The notes below the pieces were generated by a model. The model worked only from the letters and a program-made list of their open reading frames with translations, was not told the origin of the DNA and searched no databases. From Epiperipatus broadwayi (lineage: Eukaryota > Animalia > Onychophora): a stretch of 64,000 bases of DNA. The position numbers were made by a program, and so were the translations under genes. The DNA lies in assembly GCA_028023455.1 (NCBI GenBank), contig JAQFVV010000011.1:5518001-5582000 (forward strand), given 5' to 3'. This document shows positions 1 to 11,626 of the stretch, in pieces. The first letter of the stretch is position 1, and every line of letters begins with the position of its first letter.

Positions 1-512
1 GAGGAAATTATTAATTATGGTATGATGAAAAAAGCAGTAAAGTATTGTAACGGTCATATTTGTATATTCGCCAACAAAATCCAGAGTTTTAGCAAACCAT
101 CCCAAGGCTGATCGAAATGAGGTTGTTGAGACTCCGAATCCAATCTCACCTCAGTTATTTTACTAATACTCAAAGATTTACTATCTTATGGATGACACAT
201 ATGAGGCTACACCAGTATTTCTTTAATTCACATGCCGACAGTAGCACATCGGTGAAACATGAGACTATGATGTAAATTGGCATAACTAAAGTATAGCTAT
301 ATAGGTGTGGTTCAACTAACAGACGTCATTAAATTTAAACTGTGACTCATAAATGTTCTAACAATAACTAATTACTAGTTAATAATTAACTAATGAATTA
401 TGAGCAAAATTTAGACACTAAGCAGAGTTATATTTTAAACAAATTTAATAAACGCCAAAATTTAAGTAATAAAGTAAAATAAAATAAAACAATTGAATGA
501 CACAAATTTGTT

Positions 513-726
513 TCACTCACAGGTGATGATGATAGAATAAGTTACAGGCTGTTTTAAGTTACTTATTTAGTATTGCATCTCACTCGCAGGTGATGATGAT
601 TTATAAAGTTACATTTTGTTTAAATTTACAGATTTAAGATTTGATCTCACTCGCAGATGATGATGATTTATAAAGTTACATTTTGTTTAATTTACACACT
701 TATTATTTTCTCTCACTCTCAAGTGA
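513..726. repeat. About 67-bp tandem array carrying the quasi-palindromic motif TCACTCGCAGGTGA, inside LTR A
   Basis: The motif starts at 513, 580, 647 and 713 (period 67, 67, 66), each time followed by TGATGAT and later ...AGTTACA. Confidence 0.85.
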
Positions 727-1375
727 TGATGATTTATAATTTACCAAGTTACATTTTTATGAGCTCTATTATTACAGCAATACAGATTTATTCCAAGTTT
801 AGCTCATGATTATCTATACCCTATTTATGCTATGTTTTGTGGCTTAGATTTGCTTTAGTTAATCTGCAGAAGTGATCATCATTAATCATAATTAATATTT
901 TTATTTGATTGGTACACAATTCTCTATATAGATTATAAGCTTACAAAACTAGATTCTGTTTCAGATCAAAGCTGAAATATAAATTATTATGGAGGGATGA
1001 ACTGATGGTGGGTAGTAAGATTTCAGATACTAAAGCATATATAACATATACAATTTGAATCTGTGCATCTCTAATGCATTGTTGCTCACAGGATGTTACC
1101 ATGTAACCGGTGTCTTTTTTACCATACCCATTGTTGTGAAAGAGACCTTTTTAGTCTGGGTGATCGAACAGCGTATCAAGATATCTGTATGCTTCTGATC
1201 CAGTCCTAAGCGGAGGTAATGGGATGACCCTTAAACTCAAAACCCATTGTGAAAAGAGAGCTGTCCAAACTAAATAGATGGGGTAGTCATTAAAACCAGA
1301 AGCCCATTCAAGAGATAATATACAGCAATAAGTAAATGCGTGCATGCACTTCATAAGAACACATTTGCCACACTG

Positions 1376-1634
1376 ACTACATCATTATATATAAAATTGA
1401 GACACAAAATATTAGTTTCCTTCTATAGAACCACAGTAAATCAGTTCATAAATTAGCATTTATAATTATGCTATTAAAGAAATATAATGAATTTATTATC
1501 TAACTACATCATTATATATAAAATTGAGACACAAAATATTAGTTTTCTTCTATAGAACCACAGTAAATCAGTTCATAAATTAGCATTTATAATTATGCTA
1601 TTAAAGAAATATAATGAATCTAATTTATTATCTA
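1376..1634. repeat. 127-bp tandem duplication inside LTR A copy 1
   Basis: ACTACATCATT...ATAATGAAT occurs at 1376 and 1503, nearly identical. It is not duplicated in copies 2 and 3. Confidence 0.9.
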
Positions 1635-3643
1635 TATAGGCATTTATATATATATAAGGAGGGCTACAGCATATTTTGGGATAATTATAAGATTAAATTC
1701 TAACTCTATGCTACATTTAGCCACTTCAGCTAAATATTACCCTCATTTTTCATTTAACACAAACCTATTTTTAATCATTTATAATCGCTTAATTATACAC
1801 CTAAACCAAGCTTTATTTTACTCGTTTCAGAAGGGAGTTTTATTTGTGTGCTAATAACGCAAAATTCTCTACGTGTGAGAACCTCTAATCATTTCTCTCT
1901 AGTTAACTTAAATGTGAGTAAATTCCGTTCTGAATCAACATAGCTTAAACATATAAACAAATAATTGAAAATAATATTGGCATAGACTTAACTAAAAAAA
2001 CCCATATAAAATTATAAATAAGATTTAACGCAAGTGAAATCTAAGATTTGGCTTTACTTTACTTAGTAAAAGAAACGAAATTAAGATAGAATATATATCA
2101 AATCAAATCAGGATTAGTTTAACTCAGCTTAAATCAGGTTAAATCATATTAAATCAGGTTAAATCATATCAAATCAGGCAAGATTTACGATATCAAATAA
2201 CATAAAATTTACATTTTTAGTTTAAGAATTAATATTTGAAAGTTTAAAATACATTAGTTTAAATTATATTGGCCATTTATAATAACTTTAGCTAGCTTTG
2301 ATAAGTTATGAGGTTTAGTTTAAATGTTCATTTTAAAATTGCAGAAATGTTACCACTTTAAGTTCTTTTCTCAGGCATGGTTATTCAATGTTAATTGATT
2401 TTGGGCATCCTGTGGCTGGTATAGGCTGTTGGTCATCATCTTGTAGACCGCCTTCCAGAGTTGGAAAGCCAGTCTTTCCATACTTAGCCCATCATCTTCA
2501 GTATTAACAACTTAGCAATCTGATTATATGAAGCTTAATCTTAAACTCAATAATAAAATAACAAAATGGCTGCAATAAGCCTTTATACTCTTTTCCCCCT
2601 CTCTTTTTTTAGCCACATGTGTTTTTCTTTATTAACTACATGTAATAATGTGAAAGCTAAAACCACATGTTTTTTATAGTTCTTAATTTCAGATCTGCCT
2701 TTCTAATTAGTTTGCTACACATTGACAAACCCCGTGAATCCCGCTGCGTTATTGATTTTTTTTACAAGCTTTGGTCAAGCTAATTTCTTCCACCTTTTTT
2801 TAAAATCTGTTTTTATTTTTAACTTTACAAGTAGGTCAAAATATAGTGAGATGATTTCTTTATGAAAAACAAATCTGAAATCTGGCAAACCTTTATTATA
2901 TACATGTAACACATTTAAATAGAATTTAACTACATATGCAGAAATATTATAGTTTCAAATTTTACATTTATAAAATTATTTAAATAATGAAAACTTATAA
3001 TGTTTATGCCTATCACACTATTTTTTCTCTACATATATATATATATATACGTCTTGATTACACATACATCAAGATTCACATTTATTTAGCAAATAGTAAT
3101 ATATATATGTGCATATAAGTTGATTTATTATACATATACATACGCTTTCCACATTGTATGCTATAATATACTCATACATACATAACTATGAATATTAATT
3201 TTAAATTTAGTCTGATATATGAGGATTTGGGTGTATAGGTATGTAAATAAAAGTACTACTATATCATATAGTAGGGTGAAACAGTAGGATAGACATATCT
3301 GACTGTTTCAGTATCAAACAGGTGAATTTTTTAAGCAGATCTTAAAACAGTTATACACAAGCATAAGAAGTGGTGGTCATGTGATGTTTATTGGTTTAAA
3401 ACCAATTCTGCCTAATAGGATAGTGGTGGCTATGGTTATTAAAGAACCAAAGAGACCAAAATGTATGGGTACTGAACTGAGTTCAGACCCATATGATTAT
3501 ATAAGCTAATGGGCTTGGATTGAAAACATTAAAGTGTTTTCAGTTTAAGACTCATAGTTTTGTAGTTAAGTGGAGCTAAAAGGTGGCTGCTGGAGGGTTG
3601 CATTAGATCCTAAGATCTAGGTGCAATGCTCTTAGGTCCAAGA

Positions 3644-3687
3644 CTCCTCACTGATGAAGGCCACAAGCCAGAAACTAGTCTGGGGAT
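3644..3687 (+). ncRNA. Minimal type I hammerhead ribozyme motif, unit 1
   Basis: Stem I TCCTCA/TGGGGA (one G-U pair), core CTGATGA at 3651-3657, stem II GGC-CACAA-GCC, GAAA at 3671-3674, palindromic stem III ACTAGT, GTC triplet at 3678-3680. The A opposite A at the base of stem II is non-canonical. Confidence 0.7.
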
Positions 3688-4098
3688 ATTGGATGAGTAG
3701 GCACTAGTTGGGGATTTTATGCACAAGCCTTCTGGCATCCATTGATTACTCTAGCTTGCTGTGTGTGGCTCTATTATATGGAGAGTTTTGCCTGTTTTAA
3801 AACAGTTATACCCAAGCATAAGAAGTGGTGGTCATGTGATGTTTATTGGCTTAAAACCAATCCTGCCTAATAGGATAGTGGTGGCTATGGTTATTAAAGA
3901 ACCAAACACACCAAAATGTATGGGTACTGAACTAAGTTCAGACTCATATGACTATATAAGCTAATGGGCTTGGATTGAAAACATTAAGATGTTTTCAGTT
4001 TAAGACTCATAGTTTTGTAGTTAAGTGGAGATAAAAGGTGGCTGTTGGAGAGTTGCATTAGATCCTAAGATCTAGGTGCAGTGCTCTCAGATCCAAGG

Positions 4099-4142
4099 CT
4101 CCTCACTGATGAAGGCCACAAGCCAGAAACTAGTCTGGAGAT
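4099..4142 (+). ncRNA. Minimal hammerhead ribozyme motif, unit 2
   Basis: Core identical to unit 1 (CTGATGA 4106-4112, GAAA 4126-4129, GTC 4133-4135), with one extra mismatch in stem I. Confidence 0.65.
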
Positions 4143-5457
4143 ATTGGATGAGTTGGTTCTAGATGGTCATTTTATGCACAAGGCTTCTGGCATCCATTGA
4201 TTACTCTAGCTTGCTGTGTTTGGCAATACATGTGTAGTGAGTTTTGCTGAAGAAATATCAATGATTAAAAATGAGGAGCACCCAAACATTGAACAAATCT
4301 TGCTGATCTATGCAGAAAAGAGTCACTTCTAGAAATATTGGTCAATATCTAGCTATCCATTGAAAAGCCAGTGAAAAGAAAATCAATAATAAGTTGTCAT
4401 TAATTTTTTTTAAATAGTCTATTTACAAAGTCCTATAATATATGTTCTAAATAACATTTTCTCAACATATTAAACTTTAATCTTTATTTTAATTATTAAA
4501 AGAAAATATATGAGAAGATAAAAATGCATGCCAACAATTTATTTGTTTTATAGTTATAGAAATACTATTACAAATAAGATAATAATAATAAGAATAAATA
4601 TATTGCATAATTAATGACTAACAAATACTTCTGAATCATTAACTTTATTTAAAAAAAAAAAATTAACACATAAAATTAATTGCTTTATTTTGTAATAATG
4701 ATCTGTTCTTCAGATGACAAACAGTGGCTGAAGAAAACTATAAAAATATAGATTATGTAATCATCATTAAAGATTGTAGAGTTTAGGTTTTATAACATAG
4801 TAATAAAACGAAATTATAATTATTAATTGCTGTTTTCAAATTATATTGTCTTGCTACACAGTTATAGAAGAAAAAAGGGAGGTTTTTCTCTTTAGCTGGA
4901 TTTCTCAAGGAGCTAAATAGATTACATAAATAATAATAATTTGTATCTTTCTTTACAATTGTGACTCTTTACTTACTTTTTTATACTAGTATAATTTCCA
5001 AATATTTTGAATTACAAATCAATTGAACATTGCTTTTGAATTGCAAAGGACCTGAAGAATGTAAACTTTGAGTTTTAAAGAAAATGATGCATTTTATAAA
5101 AAACAGTATAAATGGTAACTTCATTTTATTTTTTAGATTCTTATTTTGTTAGCTCAAAATATTATTCAAAATATAAGATATTAAATTTTTATTAGGTTTT
5201 TGCTGATAGTTTTGTAAACTGATGTACAGATTTTATATATATTTTAACCTTTAGCTTTGGCAGAAGCTAAATGTTAAGACTAATTTTTGTGAGAAAACAC
5301 TTAAAAAAAAATTACATAGCTTAATTTTGTTTTAATAAACTATTGTTAATACTAAAATTTATAATGCTATAATTTTACATTACTATATTAGTATTTCATC
5401 TGTTATACAGCTGTAAATTTTTTTTACACAGCTTAAATAATAAAAGTTTTAACTTAT

Positions 5458-8400
5458 TGAAACAGTCAGCTTGTACAATCTAACTGTTTCACCTACTATA
5501 TTCTATAGTAGTATCCTTATATATATAAACACCACCAAATCCTCGTATATCTTATAAATAATACTATAAAAATCCGCCTAAATTTAGACTTAAATAAGTA
5601 TAATCAAACATGTGTGCGTATATATTTACATATGTAAAGAAATATTCATTTATATAGACAGAAATCTCTAAAATATGCACATATATAATGTTAATAATTA
5701 TTAAATGAAAAACGAGTTGTATGTGTAACTTTAGACTACGTATATATGCTAGAAAACTAATGTTAATAAGATTTAAAACATTAAGATTTCTTTATTTCAA
5801 AATATTTATTAAGTTATTTATATTTGAAATTTCATAATTCTGCATATATCAGTAAATTAAAATGGTTGAGTTACATATATAACAAAATGTTTTTCACCTA
5901 TCTTAGATTTGTTTTTTTTAGCCAAAATGACTCCAGAAGAGTTAATCTTTCCCAGTATAAGGGTGATTAAAATTATATTTAGAATTAAAATTAGAAAGTT
6001 GCATAAATTACTGCGTGTCAATGGTTTTTTTTTTGACCTAATTAAAAGTTGACACAGCAGGCTTCCGCGATTCCTAGTAATCAGCGAATAAGCTAAGAAA
6101 AGATATCTAAGAAAATAATATAATGGAGGGGGTGTATTGCTATATAAGCGATAACAGCCATCTTTAAGGCATTCATTCGGACACTCACATTCAATTTGTA
6201 ATTTTAATAAAATATTGAAGAAAGTTAATAATTAGCATGTCGGGGTAATAGGCTGAAAATCTTGCCTCCCGCCACCGATGAAAAGCTACCTGAGATGGAG
6301 AAACATGAACTAACCACTGTAACAACTTAAAGAGGTTCCACAATGAAGAAACAACTTGCCAGTATGGAAAAGAGAAGCAATGGTAACTACTACTTCAATT
6401 CTAAAGTTTTCCACTAAACTCAACTTTAAAATGCTAGCTTAAATCTTAATCTAATGGCCATAATAATAATGTAAACTAAATTCATGTAAATGTAAATTTC
6501 ATTTTGTTTTATTTCAATCTTAAAATCTTGCCTAAACTTAGAAATGATTTAATAACTTTATTTTAAACCCTAAAATCCTGCCTGATTTATAAACCTATTT
6601 ATTTTATGATTCGTTAAATAATTCATTAACAGATTGATTTATGATTTATTATTCCAAAACCTGAGTTATTTCCATCGAGAACACATTTCATTTATTAATT
6701 TGATTTTATGATATTATGTATTGGTTTACTTGTAGAAATTAATGATTGATTTGGTTACATATTAGTCTTATTCTAAGTAATTAAATACTATTCAATTTTA
6801 ACTTACTAAAATCTAGAATTTAAATATTTTATATAAATTTAGTTACGTATAATACTTAATGATCTGTTTTAAAATAATTATTAAAATTGTTAAGTTGAAT
6901 TATGTATCTTAAGTTAATGATAATCTTTGCCGTCATTAATCTTATAAACTTAGAATTATCGAAACTGAGTCAATCATATTTCAGCGAATGTCGCATAAGT
7001 TTAATTTTAAACAAAACCAAATTTCAAATTTCACTTGCGTGAACTTTAAATATTGCATTTCTTAATTAAATCTATGCCAAATCTTATTATTTTAGTTATG
7101 TTATATTGTTTATGCTATATGTTTTCAAGACTGAGCTTTATTCATAATTAAACCATTAGCGAGAATTAAATAAAGATTCTCACGCATGTATATGCCTTTT
7201 CGCGTATATATGTAATACATGTAATAATGCACAAACTAAAGAGCTCTGTTTTGAAACGGATAAAATATCTTGAATTAGATATAATTACAAGCGTACCATT
7301 ATTCTAAAATAGATTTGCTTTTAAAATATAATATTTTACCAATATTCAGTTGAAGTGATGAAATGCAGCATAAATTTATAATTCTGTATTGTAATTTCCC
7401 CATATGCTGTAATCCTCCTTAAGTAAATAAAAGCCTATACAGATAGCTTTGTAAATTGGATTCGTAAACTTTCCTAAATAGTATAATTATACATACTATA
7501 ATATGAACTGATATAGGGTAGCTTCATGAAGGAAACTCTTAATTAGCATCTTAATTTTATATGATTATGGTGTCAGCGGTGCATATGTGTCCTTAAGAAA
7601 CGCTATGGTGTAACTCACTTGTTGCTGATTTCTTTACTGGTCGTACGTGTTAGGGCTACACCAATACATTTAGTTCGGGCAATTATCTTCCTAAGATGGT
7701 GATTGATACGTGCCAATCCATTCTGCATCTTTAATAAGGGAGCATGAGACTCACCCAGAGCATAAGACTCCCACTTCAAATAAATTGCTCATTCAGCTCG
7801 ACTAAAAAGGCCTCCTCTATCACAGCAAATGGTACTGGGTATGAATCCCGCGAGTAAGGCACACATGAGATGCAAAAAGACTCAGAATTGTATGTTTCTA
7901 TACGCATTAGTATCTGAAGTCTAGCTCCCAATAATCAGTTCATCCCACCATTATAATTATTATTTCAGCTTTGATCTGAATTAGAATCCAGTTTAAAATG
8001 TATATTAACTATGTAAAGAATATATTAATTATTTGTGCTAGATAAAATATGTTCTTTATTAAAATTTATTGTCACTTCTACTAACTTAAAGCAGACCTAT
8101 TATAGCATAAACTAGGCATAGATAACCATGAGCAAAGTCATTTCGTTATAAAATAATATTAAGCACATGAAAATGTAACCGTATTATAATTTCATCACCT
8201 GCGAGTGACAGAATCACACACACACATATATATATATATAGCGAAATAAATTAAGAGTAATCTAAAACTGCAGTCACCTGCAAGTGATTTGACGCTATAT
8301 ATATACCGGAAATGCATAAAACCTTAAAACTCTAATAATTGTAACTAGAAATTTATAATCACCTGCGAGTGATTTGATCTATATATGTAAACCAAGTCAT

Positions 8401-8928
8401 GTAAACTCAGCTATGCAAAATTACTTCTAAAACCCATCACTTGCATGTGAATCCCATATACTTAAACATCCCTTAATCACCGGGAAATAAATATTGTTTT
8501 TAATTATTGTTTTCATATTTTAAATTCATTAAATTAATTTTAAATTTACTCTTGCTTCATGTCTTAGTCTTGCTCACTGACTCATAATTACTTAGTATTT
8601 AATAATCATTTTATCATTATTTATTAAAATCTTTTCAATGTTTACTAGTCATATATAAGGCACATGATACCTGTATAGTTATGCTAAATAGAACACCAAT
8701 TGTTCAGTCTTTTGTTCTACTGATGTGCTACTGCCAGCACGTGAAGAAGGGAAACACTGCTGTGACCTCAACTGTCTCATCCGCAAGGTAGTAAATCTAT
8801 GAGCAATGGTAGAGGAACTAGGGTTGGGCTAGAGTCATGGCTTCCACCACCATAAACCTGGTCAGCCTTAGGATGATCTATCAAAGTTCTAGATTTTGTT
8901 TCGCGAATGTACATATTTGACTGTTACA
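5458..8928 (+). mobile_element. Family A LTR copy 2 (about 3.47 kb)
   Basis: Ends are TGAAACAG... and ...CTGTTACA, a reverse-complement homologue of 46-3310. TATATAAG at 6141, an Inr-like TCATTC about 30 bp downstream, and AATAAA near 6205. The flanks (TTAT and GTAG) do not form a TSD. Confidence 0.8.
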
Positions 8929-8934
8929 GTAGAT

Positions 8935-9450
8935 TTTTTTTCTCCCGGTATTGACGCCCTTCCATGGGGCTTTGTTAATTATTCCACCCGTGTAGAGATC
9001 ATTCATTAGATATTTGTGAAATGGGTGTGTGTGTGTCCGCTACATACATATGTAAAAAAATTTTCTCCCGGTATGTCACTGAAACGTGAGCTTTGTTGAT
9101 TATTCCAATCCTGTAAAGATAATTCATTAAAAATATGTAAACTGGGTGTGTGTTGGTGCTACATACATGTGTGAAAATTTTTTCCGGGTTTATATGTCCA
9201 AACGTGAGACTATTGGATTACTTCCATGGCACCGAACTGAAAGCACGTTGACTATGTGTATATATGTGAGTTTTACCCTGAGTATTGAAACATGTCAACA
9301 TGTGTGTATAAAATTTTTCTCCGGGTATGCTACCGAAACGTGAGTTTTGTTAATTATACCACCTTGGAAAAGGTCATTCGTTAAGTATAGGTAAACTGGA
9401 TGTGTGTTGGTGCTATATACATGTGTAAAAAAAATGTTTTCCGGGTTTGA
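8935..9450. repeat. Degenerate minisatellite, about 120-bp unit, about 4 units
   Basis: TTTT(CT)CCCGG(G)T...AAACGTGAG...GGGTGTGTG...CTACATACAT recurs at about 8940, 9061, 9180, 9316 and 9437. Confidence 0.75.
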
Positions 9451-9570
9451 ATCTTGTGAAATTAGGTTAAAAAAGGATTCATATTATTAAAATAGTACGA
9501 CTGTATATATAGTGTATCAATAAATGTGTCATATCAAAAGTATTATATGTATATCTCACCTACTGATAGC

Positions 9571-9583
9571 TGGCACCCGAGAT
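9571..9583 (+). promoter_or_regulatory. Putative primer-binding site upstream of the decayed gag
   Basis: TGGCACCCGAGAT resembles the tRNA-Lys-type PBS TGGCGCCCGAA. It follows an AATAAA (about 9519) and lies about 500 bp before the gag-like ORF. Confidence 0.35.
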
Positions 9584-10043
9584 AATTTAAGAAAACTAAA
9601 ATTATCCTCACATAAATTCGCTATCAGAGGAAGAGAACATTTTATTTTATCAAAATTTTATTGATGAGGGTGTGAGTCAAGACAGGAAGTGAGCAATGTT
9701 AAAACAAAAAGGGAAAAATCAGGCAAGATGTAAATATATGAGTGGTGTGCAAAATTGATCAAACCACGGGAAACACATAATAAGCAACATTAATAATAAT
9801 AATAATAATAAATTTAGCCGAAACAAGAATGGAGTATGCAGAAACAAGCCGATGGTGAGTTGCATTTTTAATATATCTTAAATTAGATTTTTTTCTTTTC
9901 TTTGAGTATATATTAATATTGAGGAAAGAGATAAAATGCTGATGCTATGACACTTAAAAAAAGTTTAGTTATAAAAGTAATAATTGAGTTGGGACCTCTA
10001 GACATAATATAAAATAGGTTTGTAGAAAGGAACTAAGGTAGAC

Positions 10044-11626
10044 TTGTGGAGAAAAGGGGGCAAGATAGCCACATATAGAATTGTAATAAATCAAAACTTG
10101 AATATGGAAGTAGAGGAAGAAATAATTGAGGAAGTAGAGGAAATGAGAGAAGATAGGAGAGAAAGGCCAATTGAGAAAAGAGGAAAAATGCTTAGGTCAG
10201 GGAAAGAGATAATAGAAGATACGGATAGTAGCAATATGGAAGAGGAACCAGAAAGTAGCAGAGATGAAACAGTAGATAAAGAATCGGTAGAAAATTTAGT
10301 ACCCATGGGAGAAAAGCCCAAAGTACAGATAGATGAAAATGTAAGACTACTACTCGCTTCCTTTATGAACCAAATGGGAAAAAAGGAAAGAAAAAGGGAA
10401 GAAAAAAAGGACAAGGAAGAAAGGGAAGAAAAAGAGAGAAAGGAGAAAGAAGAAAAGGAAAGAAAGAGGGAAGAGAAGGAAATAAAAAGAGTAGAAGAAA
10501 GAGAAAATGATAGAAAGGAAAGGGAAAAAAAGAGAGAAAGGACAGGGAAGAAAGGGAAGACGATAAAAGAGAAAGAAGAGAACTGCTAGAAAAAATGAAC
10601 CAAAGGTTAGAAAGCGTGGAAAAGGGAATGAGAGAGCTTAACCTAGAATGTCAAAAGAGAAATGATGAGGACAAATTAGAATGCCACAGTAGATTCGACA
10701 CCCATGAAAAGAGTACGCTAGAAAATATTAAAGGAATCAGAGGGGAGGTTATAAAGGTGAAAGATACCTAGTGAAACAAAAGAATTACATACAGGAGGAG
10801 GGCACAAAAGTGCAGAAAAGATTAGAATACGTGCAAGAAAGGATAGGCATAACCCAGGGCCAGCAAGAAACCCAAAGGGGAGAAATAAAGGAACTGCAAG
10901 AAAGGATGCATAAAACTGAAATACAGCGGGAAAGCCAAAAAAGGGAAATGAAAGAGATGGATGGATATTATCGGCAGATACATGACAAATTATATGAGTT
11001 AAGCTTGTGAAGGCTAGGGAGGAAAGTGCTGGCAAAGAAGAAAAATTGTTTTTGGAGACAGTACAGGGTTTGGAACAGAGCATCAATAAGGGAGAGGGAG
11101 CCAAGGATAGGATGAAAAGAGGGCCATCTAGAGAAAGTGAAATAGCTATGTTAGCAAACAGGGAAGACAGGGAAAGTATAGGTTGAAGTAAAGCTGAGGA
11201 AAACATGAAAGAAGTGGAGATGCAGGGAACAAACAGGGTAGCCATAATCCCATATCTGACTGAAGGTACAGAGTCATTAAGCTCTGTAGATTTACATAGT
11301 ATAAGGGAAGAGAAAGCAGAAAGTAGTTCCAGGGGCACAGAGGCCAGCTCACCTTTCTATTTAGCAAAGTTCATTCAAGTGAAAACATTCAAAGGCGAGG
11401 TAGGGGAGAGCCCCAGAGTTCACTTGCAGGTCTTAAGGGAATTATTCAGGTTCCAACGTGTAGCTGCCCAAGATCAGGTCACTCTGGCTGCTCATTATTT
11501 ATATGGATATGCCATGTCCTGGGAGGAATGTTATGATGAAAAAGCCAGGACATTTGAGCAATACGCTGCGGTGCTGATGAGAACATTTTGGAGTAGTGAA
11601 AGGCAGCTTGCTATGTATACAATGGT
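10044..11626 (+). pseudogene. gag: Decayed Ty3/gypsy gag: K/E-rich coiled-coil N-terminus plus capsid domain, truncated by LTR A copy 3
   Basis: Broken ORFs at 10044-10589, 10771-11010 and 11205-11645. The capsid-like stretch KTFKGEVGESPRVHL...YLYGYAMSW...TFEQYAAVLMRTFWSSERQ aligns by eye with the gag at 51472-52065. Confidence 0.75.

Larger units (their letters stand above)
46..3310 (-). mobile_element. Solo LTR, family A copy 1 (about 3.27 kb), probably Ty3/gypsy
   Basis: Ends are TGTAACGG... and ...CTGTTTCA, with a perfect 4-bp TSD GTAT (42-45 and 3311-3314). Homologous along its length to 5458-8928 (inverted) and 20654-23573. Strand is inferred from a conserved TATA-like motif (GTATAAA on the minus strand at about 2582-2588). 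Confidence 0.85.
3342..4224 (+). mobile_element. Head-to-tail 455-bp dimer with one hammerhead per unit (retrozyme-like or PLE terminal-repeat tandem)
   Basis: Units start TTAAAACAGTTATAC at 3342 and 3797 and are highly similar. Each has CTGATGA...GAAACTAGTC and several internal hairpins. Confidence 0.75.

Noticed and set aside
513-726. CRISPR-like repeat-spacer appearance
   Set aside because: The context is a eukaryotic LTR, the spacers are related to each other, and there are no cas genes.
10091-10414. Ser/Leu/Phe-rich antisense ORFs here and at 10718-11338 and 51155-52819
   Set aside because: These are shadows of purine-rich gag on the opposite strand.
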